A DNA stretch of 64,000 nt from Dehalococcoidia bacterium (GTDB lineage: Bacteria > Chloroflexota > Dehalococcoidia > Plut-88900). Position 1 is the first letter of the stretch; every line of letters starts with the position of its first letter. Where the stretch lies: contig OZ240219.1 of the NCBI GenBank assembly GCA_965197645.1, forward strand, positions 2,976,001 through 3,040,000, read 5' to 3'. The notes below the pieces were generated by a model. It made no database searches. It saw only the letters and a list, made by a program, of their open reading frames with translations, and had not been told where the DNA came from. A program made the position numbers and the translations under genes. This document shows, in pieces, positions 18,143 through 29,468 of the stretch.

Positions 18143-19372
18143 ATGGCGAAAAGCAAGACCTCCGGTACAAGGCGGCGAGCGATGAACGCGCCAAAAACAA
18201 ATGCGCCCCTTCGAAACATAACGTTGAAGAACCTCTTGTCGTTCGGCCCTGAGGGTCTCAGCCTGGATCTTGAGCCTCTCAACGTGCTCATAGGTCCGAA
18301 CGGATCCGGCAAGTCCAATTTGCTTGACGGGATTGAACTCTTGAAGTCCGCCCCCGTGCAGGTTACAAACCCTATTCGCAGCGGAGGCGGTATCCGCAAT
18401 TGGATTTGGGGAAGACAGCCCGGCCCCACGGCCCGGGTTGAGACCATCCTGGAAAATCCCAATGACGGCAATCATATGCTTCGCCACAGGATCGAATTCA
18501 GAGAGTTCGAACAGGCCTTTCGGTTGGTCGATGAGAGGGTCGAAAACGAGCACCCCGACCTAGGACACCAAGACCCCTTTTTCTTCTATCGGTTCCAAGA
18601 GGGCCGACCAGCACTGGCGGTCAAGGGTGAGGATAACCGCAGGCCGCTTCAGAGAGAGGACGTAGCTGACGATGAGTCCATACTCTCGCAGCGAAAGGAC
18701 CCGGATCAATACCCGGAGCTGGCTCATCTAAGCAGCTTGTACGGGGGCATGAGGCTTTATCGCGACTGGGGTTCTGGACGGAAGGCTCCCTTTCGTCAAC
18801 CCCAGAGTACCGATGTCCGTCCGACTCCTCTCAGGGAAGATTTCTCCAATCTTGGCATGTTCTTGAATCGTATCCGGCAAGACCCTAGAACCAAGTCGAA
18901 ACTCATCGATTGTCTGACCGATGCTTACGAAGGGCTGAACGACTTTGAACTGAACTTCGAAGGAGGCACAGTTCAGGTGTTCTTCAGCGAAGGCGATCTT
19001 GCCGTACCGGCAACTCGACTGTCGGACGGCAGCGTGAAATACCTGCGTCTCCTGGCGATTCTGCTCAACCCGCATCCACCGTCAATTGTGTGCTTAGAGG
19101 AGCCGGAGATGGGTATGCACCCTGACCTGCTGCCGAAGATTGCCGACCTCTTGGTCGAGGCGTCACAGCAATGCCAGCTGATAGTCACTACGCACTCGGA
19201 TATTCTAGTTGACGCACTAACCGACCGGCCCGAATCGGTAGTCGTATGCGAAAAGCATGACGGCAAGACCTCGATGACCCGTCTCGATCGGCGGGGCTTG
19301 TCGAGTTGGCTGGGAAAATACCGCCTTGGTGAACTGTGGACAAAAGGGCAACTGGGGGGTGTCAGGTGGTGA
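18143..19372 (+). CDS. ABC/AAA_21-type ATPase
   Basis: Walker A GPNGSGKSN, signature LSDGS, Walker B VCLEEPE, TTHS. Confidence 0.88.
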   Translation: MAKSKTSGTRRRAMNAPKTNAPLRNITLKNLLSFGPEGLSLDLEPLNVLIGPNGSGKSNLLDGIELLKSAPVQVTNPIRSGGGIRNWIWGRQPGPTARVETILENPNDGNHMLRHRIEFREFEQAFRLVDERVENEHPDLGHQDPFFFYRFQEGRPALAVKGEDNRRPLQREDVADDESILSQRKDPDQYPELAHLSSLYGGMRLYRDWGSGRKAPFRQPQSTDVRPTPLREDFSNLGMFLNRIRQDPRTKSKLIDCLTDAYEGLNDFELNFEGGTVQVFFSEGDLAVPATRLSDGSVKYLRLLAILLNPHPPSIVCLEEPEMGMHPDLLPKIADLLVEASQQCQLIVTTHSDILVDALTDRPESVVVCEKHDGKTSMTRLDRRGLSSWLGKYRLGELWTKGQLGGVRW

Positions 19373-19965
19373 AGGCGCACATCTACCTGGAGGGAGGGGG
19401 AGGGAAGGACCTAAATTCCAGATGCAGAGAAGGGTTCAACAGACTTTTGAAAAAATGTGGGTTTGAAGGCCGGATGCCCAAGCTAACTGCCAGCGGGGGC
19501 AGAGATTCCGTTTACAACGACTTCAAGACTGCCCATGCGGGCGCGTCCAGCCAGGACTATATCGCAATGCTAGTAGACAGCGAGGACACGGTCAAGGACG
19601 TCCACTCCCCCTGGGCGCATCTTCACCAACTGGGAGGTTGGAGCGTGCCGACGGGTGCCACCGACGAGCAGGTGCTGCTGATGACGACTTGCATGGAAAC
19701 CTGGATAGTCGCGGACAGGAACGCCTTGTCCGTCCACTACGGCAAGTGCCTGCAGGTGTCCGCCCTGCCAGCGGTTAGCAACTTGGAATCCAAAGATAGG
19801 TTCACGGTTCAGAAGGATTTAACCCACGCAACAAGGGACTGCATCGGCCCATACGAAAAGGGGGGAAAGTCCTACGAAATACTGGGAGAGATCAACCCCG
19901 CATCCATCGAGCCCCTTCTGCCCAGCTTTAAGAGGGCACGGGATATATTGGATGGAAAACTGTGA
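19369..19965 (+). CDS. DUF4276-like (TOPRIM-like) partner protein
   Basis: IYLEGGG, LVDSED, METWIVAD, YEKG motifs; GTGA overlap with ATPase. Confidence 0.75.
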   Translation: MKAHIYLEGGGGKDLNSRCREGFNRLLKKCGFEGRMPKLTASGGRDSVYNDFKTAHAGASSQDYIAMLVDSEDTVKDVHSPWAHLHQLGGWSVPTGATDEQVLLMTTCMETWIVADRNALSVHYGKCLQVSALPAVSNLESKDRFTVQKDLTHATRDCIGPYEKGGKSYEILGEINPASIEPLLPSFKRARDILDGKL

Positions 19966-20300
19966 AACTGCTACTCTCATCGCGACAACCGCACGGGTCC
20001 TGCGACACGGGCAGGTTGTTCCCTCCGGCTCACCAACGAGGATTCGAACCGCCTCTACTATAGTCGGTGCGCTCGTGGCGTCCGTGTGGGATCCGCATGC
20101 CAAGGACCATATCGTCGAGCATTAATTGGTCCTCACTTGCCGCTAGCGGGCACTTCTGGGTACGTCCTGGCGTTAGCCTCACTAGCCATTAGTATCTGAG
20201 CTTTACGTGTCTATTGTGAATTGCGAATGTTTCGGTGGGAGGTTCTGTTATAGTGCCGGCGAAGCCATGCCGAACAGTACAGATTGCGTCCAGTTCTATT

Positions 20301-20324
20301 TGGTGAGCCAACATCGGCTCACCA
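20301..20324. repeat. Perfect 9-bp inverted repeat between convergent genes
   Basis: TGGTGAGCC-AACATC-GGCTCACCA. Confidence 0.7.
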
Positions 20325-20390
20325 TTCATGCGTTGTACGCCTTTTGATTCATCCCATTTCCATTGACGACCTACCGTATGATGCCCTTGA

Positions 20391-23192
20391 TTAATCAGAA
20401 ACCTTCATCTTAGACCCGAGTTCTCTCAAGAATTTAGTCGCCCCCATTAAATCGGTAAATCCGGGTTCCCCTTTGTCGTGGCCTCCACTAGCTGTCATAT
20501 TCAAGATTTCCTTCAGGCGTTTGCCGGCATTTGGATCTATAGTGACGATTATGGACCCAACTCCACCACCGTCCCACATATAGTCAGCCGTTTGGTCTCT
20601 CCACGCGTCAGGAACAAAGTCACTTGGCCCGTACTTTATTTTGGCTATGATGTATAGGCGTTCAATTGCGAACCGCACACGTATCCAGGACTCCTTAAGT
20701 TCCCCTTCCTTGGCTAACTTTTCAGCGTTTCGGAGACGTTCACTGAACCGTCGATTGCCCTCATCGATCACGCAGCCGTTCTTTTGGGACATTCGCGCCG
20801 TGAGTGTGACGTAATCAGGGCGTTCATGATGCCAGTAGCTCAGGTCTCTGGCAAAGGTCTCATTGTGAGTCAAAAGAAAAACTTGACGGCCTTCATCAAG
20901 GATCGGAGGCAAAACATCTCTGGCAAATGTCTTGAAATGGTCTTCGTCCATCGATTGAACAGGATCATCGAAAATCAACAAATCGTGTCCCAACAGTCTC
21001 GAACGGGTTACAAAGGCCGCTACTCCAAGGGCATTGACCTGAGACTCACTAAACACCTTGAGCGCATCAATCTCTTTGGTTTCAACCCCATCGTTGAGTT
21101 TGGCTTTAACTTCGAGAACAATTGGAAAACCCTTCCCTTTGGGTTCCGGGACTTGGAGATTACTGAACACGGAGTAAGAGTCCTCACGCAAACTTGACCA
21201 CACCTCCTGCATTCCCTGACTAAATGACGCTCTTCGACCCTCAAGGTAACTTCCGCGGAACTTCATCAGCTCACTTCTAATAGTCGCTAGGTCTTTTTGA
21301 GCTGCTACTTTTGCCTTCTCCCACTTGAAGTCATTTAGGACATCTGCCTGGGACTTAGCGCAGGAAATCCAGGATTGTCGGTTCCGATATTCTTCGTCAG
21401 TGGAAGCCGTTTGCCCTACGATGGCCTCAAGCGATCTAAACGCTCGGCGGTATTCTTCAGCTTGCTCGGGGAGGACCTTCAAATTATCGATGCACGTCAT
21501 ACATTCCGATACATGGGTTTCGACCGTTGCTAGGGTGTCAATTTGACCCATGTCTGCTTTGGCCAGGGGTTGAGCTTTATCCAAGTGTTGCCGCACCTTA
21601 GTTTCGATCCGAGATCGAACCCTAACCAAAGTCGAGACTGAATCAAAAAGCTCTGAAGATGCCCCTTTCAAGTGTTCATCTAGGTGTGGGAGGTCAGGGA
21701 GTGTGTCGCTGGCCTCTTGTATCAGGGTTTGTAGATCGCGCTTCAGTCCTTCGACTTCAGAATCGAAGTTGGCTCGGGCCCGTTTCTCAGCTTTCGCAAG
21801 AGGCTTCCATTCATCAATTTCCAGTAGACGTTTCTGAGTTAATGTTGTTGGGCTTTCATGACCGCACAAAGGACATAATTGGACAGCTTTTTCCCGATCA
21901 ATCAGGCCTGCCTGAATCATGCTTTCTAAAGCGTCCGCAATTACAAGGGCACTTTCCTGCACAGCGTTAGTTGACGCCTTTGCAGACTCATATTCCTTCC
22001 ATCTTGCTTCAATACTTGCTTTCCGCTCTTGAGATTCCGCCAAGATAGTCGACAACTCATGATTGGGCTGCTTTTTCGGACGCAATTGCGCCAGGGGAGG
22101 GAATGACTTTTGTCGGGCTGCACTTTGCTGCTGCTCCACCCAAGTCTCCACCTCTGCCAGGTCTGAGTCTGGGGATGAGAATTCTAGGGCTGCTACACGG
22201 ATAAGAGCCTCTGACAGGGCTTTAGGTTGAATGGTTTGTGAGCGCGACTTAACCTTCTGCGCAATTGCTTTAGCATCCGAGTTCTTCAGCTGGCCAATCA
22301 GAGTTTCCCACTGCGATAAGCCAGAGCTTCCTTGGGGACTCTTGAACCCTGGCAACTTCGCATTACCAATCACCGCCCTGCCAATAAGATCGGTTAGCTC
22401 GTCCAAGGCAAGGATGCGCTCGAAGTATTGCCTCCTACGGGAAGGTGGGCTTTGTACAAAAGACCGCAGAGTGTGCTGCATTAGCAGTGGTGATACGAAT
22501 GAAAACAATTCCTCTAAGACAGCGGCTTCATCTTCTTTCGACAGCTCTGAGCCATCCAAATGAAGTTGGGACTCACAAGAGGCCGTACTAGTGGTGCCGT
22601 AATCCTTGGTTAGGAGCCGCCTTAACACTAGAGGCTTTTCGTCTGGCGTTCCCGAGTGCCTGACAAATGCTGCTTCTACGAAGGTGCTTTCTTCGCTCGG
22701 CCGAAGTTGATTCTCAATACAGTTTTCCAGCTCTTCAGGGTTGCCTTCTCCATGTTCCTCTCGACGCGACAAGGAACCCCGGAAGAGGAACTCGAGGGCT
22801 TCGGCAAGACTAGTCTTACCACTACTGTTCTTTCCTTCGATGACAATCAGGGTGCCTGATAAATCAATTGGTTCCGGCAGAGCTTTGAATCCCCTAAAAT
22901 AGTGCGGCCTGATTGAGACAAGACGCAGCCCTGGTCGCTGGCCCAACTGTGGTGCATGAGTGGCTTTCAACTCCATAGGAACAACTTGATCATCCTCGGG
23001 GATAGCGGGGGCGCAATGAAGCTGCGTCCTGTTCAAGAACCACGACTCTAACCAGTCATCCCCCTCGTCGTCCTTTGACACGTAGGCCCGCACCAGGTCC
23101 CCAGCGGGCCCTTTTGCGTCCATCAGCAAACCAAGAGCTGTTGGCTTAACATCCAGATCTTTAGGTGTACCAGCCGCATTTCCATCTGTCAT
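20391..23192 (-). CDS. SMC/Rad50-like ATPase with zinc hook and putative C-terminal HEPN (RloC-like)
   Basis: GKNSSGKT, long coiled coils around CPLC, FSESQ, LLIFDDPVQSMD, LLTH; C-terminal RVRFAIE...N...GH; lower GC. Confidence 0.75.
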   Translation of the reverse strand: MTDGNAAGTPKDLDVKPTALGLLMDAKGPAGDLVRAYVSKDDEGDDWLESWFLNRTQLHCAPAIPEDDQVVPMELKATHAPQLGQRPGLRLVSIRPHYFRGFKALPEPIDLSGTLIVIEGKNSSGKTSLAEALEFLFRGSLSRREEHGEGNPEELENCIENQLRPSEESTFVEAAFVRHSGTPDEKPLVLRRLLTKDYGTTSTASCESQLHLDGSELSKEDEAAVLEELFSFVSPLLMQHTLRSFVQSPPSRRRQYFERILALDELTDLIGRAVIGNAKLPGFKSPQGSSGLSQWETLIGQLKNSDAKAIAQKVKSRSQTIQPKALSEALIRVAALEFSSPDSDLAEVETWVEQQQSAARQKSFPPLAQLRPKKQPNHELSTILAESQERKASIEARWKEYESAKASTNAVQESALVIADALESMIQAGLIDREKAVQLCPLCGHESPTTLTQKRLLEIDEWKPLAKAEKRARANFDSEVEGLKRDLQTLIQEASDTLPDLPHLDEHLKGASSELFDSVSTLVRVRSRIETKVRQHLDKAQPLAKADMGQIDTLATVETHVSECMTCIDNLKVLPEQAEEYRRAFRSLEAIVGQTASTDEEYRNRQSWISCAKSQADVLNDFKWEKAKVAAQKDLATIRSELMKFRGSYLEGRRASFSQGMQEVWSSLREDSYSVFSNLQVPEPKGKGFPIVLEVKAKLNDGVETKEIDALKVFSESQVNALGVAAFVTRSRLLGHDLLIFDDPVQSMDEDHFKTFARDVLPPILDEGRQVFLLTHNETFARDLSYWHHERPDYVTLTARMSQKNGCVIDEGNRRFSERLRNAEKLAKEGELKESWIRVRFAIERLYIIAKIKYGPSDFVPDAWRDQTADYMWDGGGVGSIIVTIDPNAGKRLKEILNMTASGGHDKGEPGFTDLMGATKFLRELGSKMKVSD

Positions 23193-23840
23193 AGGTTTTT
23201 CCTGTTCGCCGGATTAATTTTCGAAGTGAGAGCAACTCGCTATCGTTAAGAACAACACCTCGAAGTCTGATCCAAACAACTGGTCCAACTTTTGTAAATT
23301 GTCGCTAATCGAAGGAACTCGAGCCACTCAGATCTTACGTGTGAAGAGTAGCCTTTGACTCCCATTTGGACCCCTGTGTGCCTGCTGCATTGAAGCATCA
23401 GCATTAGTCACTTTTGTAAATCTAATTTCCTCTTATTCGGACAATTTGGTCACACAGAACCTCTTGGACGATCGTCGCGGAGCATTCTGCGTTCACAACC
23501 AGGTCGCAATGGGCGATGATCATGCCGAGGCCGACCTCAACCGGGTGGCTGTCGAAAATCAAGAACTCTTCCAGAGACCAACCTCAAACTTGTCTAGCCC
23601 GGCAACTGCGAAACCTCTCTTCTTAATTCACCTCCAAATAGACTGCCATAGTTGCTTCGGCAGCTTGCCGAATGGTTGTCAATATCCCTAAGTGCCGAAC
23701 TCCGTCCTTATTGACTCCATTTCTGTCGGGTCGGGACGTCACTCCGACCACGGACTTCGAAAGGTGGATGCGAGTCTAGGTAGGGGGGTTCTCATCGTAG
23801 GTCGGCCTGCGGCGAGGTCAATGCAACGGTTGTCCCGAGG

Positions 23841-24506
23841 TCATGCAACGCGAGCAATGACTTCAGGATCGTCATTGGCTGCGGAGTTGACCAGGGTTGA
23901 GACCTCGTAAGCCTCCATCCCATCGCCGGGATAGGAATTGAGCACACTGCTGAGAGCGCCCGGGTCTTCGACGCTCCCGTCCAGCCAGAACGCTTCCATT
24001 TCCCTGGGCAGGATAGCCGACATCCGATCGTGTATCGGCCTGAGCAGGTCACTGGCCGCGGTCGTGATAATGGTGCAAGACGGGATGCGGTTGCCATCAG
24101 GGCCTCTCCATACTGCCCATAGCCCTGCGAATGCAAAGGGCTCTCTCGATCGCATGACGATGCGCATGGGCCTCTTCGAGGGCCCGATCCGTTGCCACTC
24201 GTAAAAGCCGTCCGCGAGAACCAGGCATCTCCGACACCTCAGCGCGTCGCGGAAAGCGGGCTTCTCGGCGACGGTCTCCGCCCGGGCGTTGATCATCCGG
24301 GTGCCTATCTTGGGGTCCTTTGCCCAGTGCGGAATCAACCTCCAGCGCATCAACCCGCCGCGCCTCGTCTCTCCGCCTACAACTGTCAGGACCTCCTGGA
24401 TGGGAGCGACGTTGAATCTCGACTCGAACTTGACCCAATCGCCGTCGAACTCAAACCGCGCCGCCAATTCCCCGATATCGCCTATCAGACTGTATCTACC
24501 ACACAT
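23841..24506 (-). CDS. SOS response-associated peptidase (SRAP/YedK/HMCES)
   Basis: MCGRY N-terminus, INARAET, GFYEW, IHDRM. Confidence 0.92.
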   Translation of the reverse strand: MCGRYSLIGDIGELAARFEFDGDWVKFESRFNVAPIQEVLTVVGGETRRGGLMRWRLIPHWAKDPKIGTRMINARAETVAEKPAFRDALRCRRCLVLADGFYEWQRIGPSKRPMRIVMRSREPFAFAGLWAVWRGPDGNRIPSCTIITTAASDLLRPIHDRMSAILPREMEAFWLDGSVEDPGALSSVLNSYPGDGMEAYEVSTLVNSAANDDPEVIARVA

Positions 24507-24567
24507 CTCCCGTCAATTATGAACTCCCTCCAGACGCAAGAGCAATCCTTGGACACCGGGATCAACG

Positions 24568-27375
24568 TCAGTGCCAGTCCGTGGGATGGCGGCATGACCA
24601 CCCCGGACCGGATGGCCCGCAGGTCGGTCGCTATCACGTTGATGGTCTCGTCCCACCTCGATACGCGCCCTGTGACCTCCACCATCTGGGTGCTGAGCTC
24701 CCTCCGACGCCTGGCGAACAAGTCGCGCCAAACGATTACTTGCGCATCTCCCGTCTCGTCCTCGATAGTCACAAACACCGTTCCGTCCCGCCCCCGCGGG
24801 TGCTGCCTCGCCACCGGCCAACCGGCAACCTTAACCATTTCGTCATCTGCATGCCCTTCAACGTCAAACGTAGTGAGCACGGTGGAGCCGACGCCGGGCC
24901 TGACGAACTCCATGAGGTGTCCACCAGGGTAGATGCTCATCACCTGGTACTCGCCTATCATCTTCTCGCGGTCCGTGAAGTCCGGGATCCGGGGCACGCT
25001 AGCCTGCATGGACACCGGCAACGCGCTCTGGCCGTTACGGGGTGGGCGGGTGCGTAGACCCGCCTCCCACAGAGCCTCTCTGTGGGAGCACTTGAGCCAC
25101 GCGGCCTGGTAGGCGGTCACGCCGAAGGCATGGGAGTGGGACTCGGGGAACATGTAGTGGCCGTTGATCTTGCCGAATATCTTCATAGCGGTCTCTTCGG
25201 TAACCCCGTTGCGCCGTGCGCCCTCCAGGAACCTCTCCCGGTGCATGGCGATCAGGTGCTCGCTGTTGGGCCTGGTGAAGGCCCTGCGCACCTCGTCGGC
25301 CTCTGCCGCTGTCATCTCGGCTACGTCCTGGATGATCTGGACGACCTGTTCCTGCCATACGATGATCCCGTAGCCACGCTCCAGGGCGCGCTTCTCCAGC
25401 GGATGGTCGTACTCCCACTCCGCTCCATGCCGGTAACGCTCCACGAACTGTGACACGGCGCTGCCCTGGACACCGATGCCGGGCCGGATGAGGGCGACTT
25501 GGTATGCGAGGTCGAGGAGATTGCGGGAGCGCAGGCGTTAGGCCATCTTGAGCTGGGCGGGCGACTGGAGCAGGAAGACCCCCTTCGACCGGCCCTCGTT
25601 GATCATGTCGTAGACGTTGGGGTCCTCGGAGTCGATCCTGCTAATGTCGGGCCGTTTGCCCTCTCGCTGTTCCACGAGATCGAGGGCTTCCTCTAACTGG
25701 TCGAGCACTGGTAGGGAGAGGATGTCGATCTTGGCGAACCCGGCGTCGGCCACGCTGTCCTTGTTCCAGTCCATGATGAAGCGCCCGTCCGTCGCCCCCG
25801 CCCTCATGGGTACCATCTCCGGAATGGGGGAGCTGCTGAGCACCATGCCGCCGACGTGCTGGCTGAGACGCCTGGGGGCGTCCATCAGTTGCGGGGCCAG
25901 GACTGGCAGGTCCCGCCAGCCCGGCGCGTCCACCCTGTCCCTGAAGTCCGTTAGCTGCGCTATCTCGTCCCGCAGGTCAGCCGCGTCGTGTGAGTGGAGC
26001 TGCTTCGACAGCAGGGAAAGGTACTCCTGCGGAAGCCCCAGAGCCTTGCCCTGGTCCTGGATGATGCCCTTCACCTTGTAGGTGGTGATGGCTCCCGTTA
26101 GGACGGCGTACTCCGGACCGAAGTGGCGATGCACACGCTCGGTCAGCTCGTCTCTGAGAGCCCTGGGGAAGTCGAGGTCGATGTCGGGTAGGGTTGTCAT
26201 GTCCTCGGAGATGAATCGCTCCAGGGTGAGATCCCACTTGAGGGGATCGACGTGGCTGATGCCTATGAGGTATCCGATGAGCAGCGCAACCGACGATCCC
26301 CGCCCCCTTCCGGGCGGCCTCTCCTCCACCGACGTCTCCGGGCCAACCAGCCCTCTCTCCTCCATGATCCTTTGAGTGAGAAGCGCTATTTCTCTGTAGA
26401 GCAGCAGGAACCCCGCCAGATCCAGGTGCTCTATGAGACGGAACTCTTCCTTGAGACGGTTCTCCACTCGCTTCGCAGGGAACCGTAGCGCCAAGCGGCC
26501 GCCTCGTAGCAGAGGCGTTTCAGGTAGCTCTCCGGTGTGTAGCCCTCCGGCACGCCGGGGTCCGGCAGCGTGTAACCCAGGTCGGTGCTGAGGTCGAACT
26601 GGCACCGCTCGCCGACGACGAGGGTGTTGCACACGGCCTCCGGGCACTCAACGAAGAGCCGCTCCATCTGGGCATGGGACTTGAGGTGGAAGTGACTGTT
26701 GGGTTTCAGATGCGGGAGTGCCTGATCGATGGTCGTGTTGAGCCTTGCGGCGACCAGTGCGTCCTGAAGGCGGGAGCGTTCGGGATGATGGTAGTGGACG
26801 TCGTTGGTGGCGACCACGGGAACACCGATCTCTCCGGCGACCCTCGCCAGCTTCCTGTTGCTGTCGGTGTCGCCCTGCAGGAGGTTCTGGTTGAGTTCGA
26901 CGTACACCGAGCCTGGGCCGTACCAGTCCATGTATCGCTTCAGGAGTTCATGGGCCTCACCCAGACGGCCATCCAGTGTCAGCCTGGCAAGTGACCCGTC
27001 TCGCCCGCCGGCCAGCAGGATGACGCCCTCCGAGTGGTAGGGCAGGTGAGCGGGATCGAGCCTAGGCTCCCTGCGGTCGAGGGCGTTCGCAATGATGAGC
27101 AGCTGCGAGATGTTGGAGTATCCCGCCCGCGTCTTCGCAAGAAGCGTCAACCTAGATCCATCCATCAGGGCCAGCTCACCCCCCGTGATGGACCGGATGC
27201 CCAGGCTGTAGGCCAGCCTCGAGAACTCCAGCGCGCCGCAGAGGTTGGTGTCGGTCAGCGCCAGCGCCGGGTAGCCGTGTTCCTTCGCCTGGGCCAGCAA
27301 CTCGTGCGCGTGGGACGCTCCCACTCCAAAGGAGTAGAAGCTCTTGGCGTGAAGCTCGACGTAGCCATCTGTCAT
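24568..27375 (-). pseudogene. dnaE2: Error-prone DNA polymerase III alpha (DnaE2/ImuC), disrupted
   Basis: PHP domain, GRGRGSS, PDIDLDF, SQHVGG, FPESHS, OB fold; frameshift near 26470, TAA at 25538-25540, internal deletion after AAWLKC, 3' frameshift. Confidence 0.9.
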
Positions 27376-28826
27376 CAGGCGCTCTGCCGGTACCAGCGTT
27401 CGCCCCACTGGTCGCGGAACAGCGTCAACAGCCTGCCCCCGCCCGGGTCGATCCGGTAGTAGGAACGGGCAACGGGCTCAATGAGCCACCATAGGTCGAA
27501 CGTCCACCGGTCGTCTATGCGCATCACCCGCTGCCAGCGCCCCTTTATTCGCACGGATTCCGGCTCTCCCTCGGGCCCTTCCCGAACCTCCACCGGCCTG
27601 GGGGTGTGCAGGAGCCTAATGGAATCTCTGGCTGACGAGTCGATTGGTACCTGCAATGCCCGCATCTCCGGCGCCGGATGCCAGGGCGCCACCTGCGCGA
27701 CCCTGTGGAGGACGTGGGCTCCTCCCATCAACGGCTGCAACCTACGGTCCACCTCCACGAGACGGCCGTGCCTGTTGCTCTGGACGTCGTAGAACAGCCG
27801 CAACTGGGCCCCCGACTCCCCCGTGAAGCGGGACAGCTTGAGAGTCACGTCCTCCAGGGGATTGCGCGGAGGGTTCCCCTCCATCCAGCTCGGTACGATC
27901 TCGGAAACTTTCTCCCATGCGCCTACGGGCTATTTGAACCTGACACTCTTCTCCCATGCCGGCCAGCCCGCCCCCGTAGACAGAAGGTACGCCGTGCCCG
28001 CATACCGGCCTCTCATGTCGGGCCGAGCGAACGCCCTCCTGAGAAGGGCATCCACCGTCACGAACAGGACCTCCATGGAAGAGGAGTGAAACGGTAGCGA
28101 TATGTGCTCGGCCACCGACTCCTCGAAAGCCAGGGGAACTAGAGGGATATGGTCAGTCCCGTTGCAGAGCGCCCAGGCGCGCATTCCCTCACGCCCGAAG
28201 CGGTCCGCCAGCATGTGCACGCTCATGGAGGCGACTGCCCCCATCGTGTGGAGGCCGAACCGGTGTAGGTCCTCCCTAAACTGGCCTGAGACGGGGAGCA
28301 GGTCAATGCTATGAGGAGCTAGGAAGCTCCTGACGTCGTCGGGGACCTTGAACACTTCGTGAGCCGGGCACGTCTGTGCCGCAACCAGAGCGGGAAACTT
28401 GCCATCGGCCACGCCGATTCGCCGGACCAGATGGGCGGGAACCGCGTTCAGCAGGGCGGAGACCACTCCCGCCTCCCCACGGTACACTCCTTCGAGACCG
28501 TCGATGCGCACGTAGGCAGTGCCGAGCTCTGCCCCTTCTACCCTGTCGCTGATACCCTGTAGAGCGGAGAGTATCTGGCCGTAGACCTGGCAGTATCGCG
28601 GCTCGTCGGCATCCAACACCACGGCGTTCGTGTGGCGGGAAACGGCCTGCTCCAGGGTCATCCCGGCCGTCACTGCTGAAGCACCGGGAAGCCGGTCCAA
28701 CACCAGGGGCCTTGCCCTCGATGCGTTCCGGTCGACGATCAGGACAGGCGTGTCCTTCAGGTGGGGCTGTCGGCTCATCTCCACCTTGGCTCTCAGGTGA
28801 GGGACGAGCACATAGGCGACCCTCAT
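27375..28826 (-). pseudogene. imuB: ImuB-like inactive Y-family polymerase with C-terminal DUF6504-like domain; in-frame TAG at 27930-27932
   Basis: GMTL..A, AYVRIDGL, LAPHSIDLL, LHRFGLHTMG; reading frame continues past the stop to a TGATG overlap with dnaE2. Confidence 0.82.
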
Positions 28827-28871
28827 GTATCCACCTCAAACATGATGGGAGTCTGGACTGGCAATGATAGA

Positions 28872-28883
28872 GAACGTGTGTTC
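28872..28883. promoter_or_regulatory. LexA/SOS box (GAAC-N4-GTTC)
   Basis: GAACGTGTGTTC about 46 bp upstream of the imuB start; matches the Firmicutes/Actinobacteria/Chloroflexi LexA consensus. Confidence 0.85.
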
Positions 28884-29468
28884 GCATTATCAATATCCCC
28901 TCGTCTTTTCTACGGTGGGATGATTCTGCGTACACCGGTTGACCCAGATTGTCGGTGGATAGTGGGTTGACCTGAACCATGCCAAGGCTCTACACACACT
29001 CTCGATCCTGAATCGAATAGGCAAGGGGATAGTGCGCAGTGCGACTTTGAGACAGTTGCCTGGTATGACGATCCGAGGGAGAACGTGGTGCGCCAACCAC
29101 CGGAAACAGACCCACAGTCGAACGGTTCTCTGTGGATGAACAAGCTGTTGCGGATCAACACCCGCTCATGTCATACGATAGCCGCCACCAACTATTGCCT
29201 TGGAAGGATCCATCAGAAGCTTGCTGAGTGAAGCGTTGGTTCAAGTGGACGATAGGACACGCCCAGGGGATCACGTTCAAGGACGGTCTCCCTGATACTC
29301 GGGGTGTATACCCAGTCTGTTCCACAGGGGTTTTTCGGATCGGGGAGGCCTGATAGACCGGCACTCTTCACAATCGAGGTCCCGAGATTTTGGAAGATCG
29401 ACTATCCCCGCCAGTTTCGCCGCAACTCTGACGCCTACCTGCCGCTTTCTGCCTTTTCAGTGCACTCA

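Noticed and set aside
20011-20055. tRNA gene (GGTTCGAATCC on the - strand; GGCTCACCA on +)
   Set aside because: T-stem does not pair fully and no cloverleaf can be built; kept only as a possible att-like scar
25538-27932. Stop-codon reassignment explaining in-frame stops (TAG 27930, TAA 25538, TAG 63106)
   Set aside because: TAG ends many intact genes here (3332, 3736, 5799, 8123) and dnaE2 also has frameshifts and a deletion; ordinary decay is sufficient
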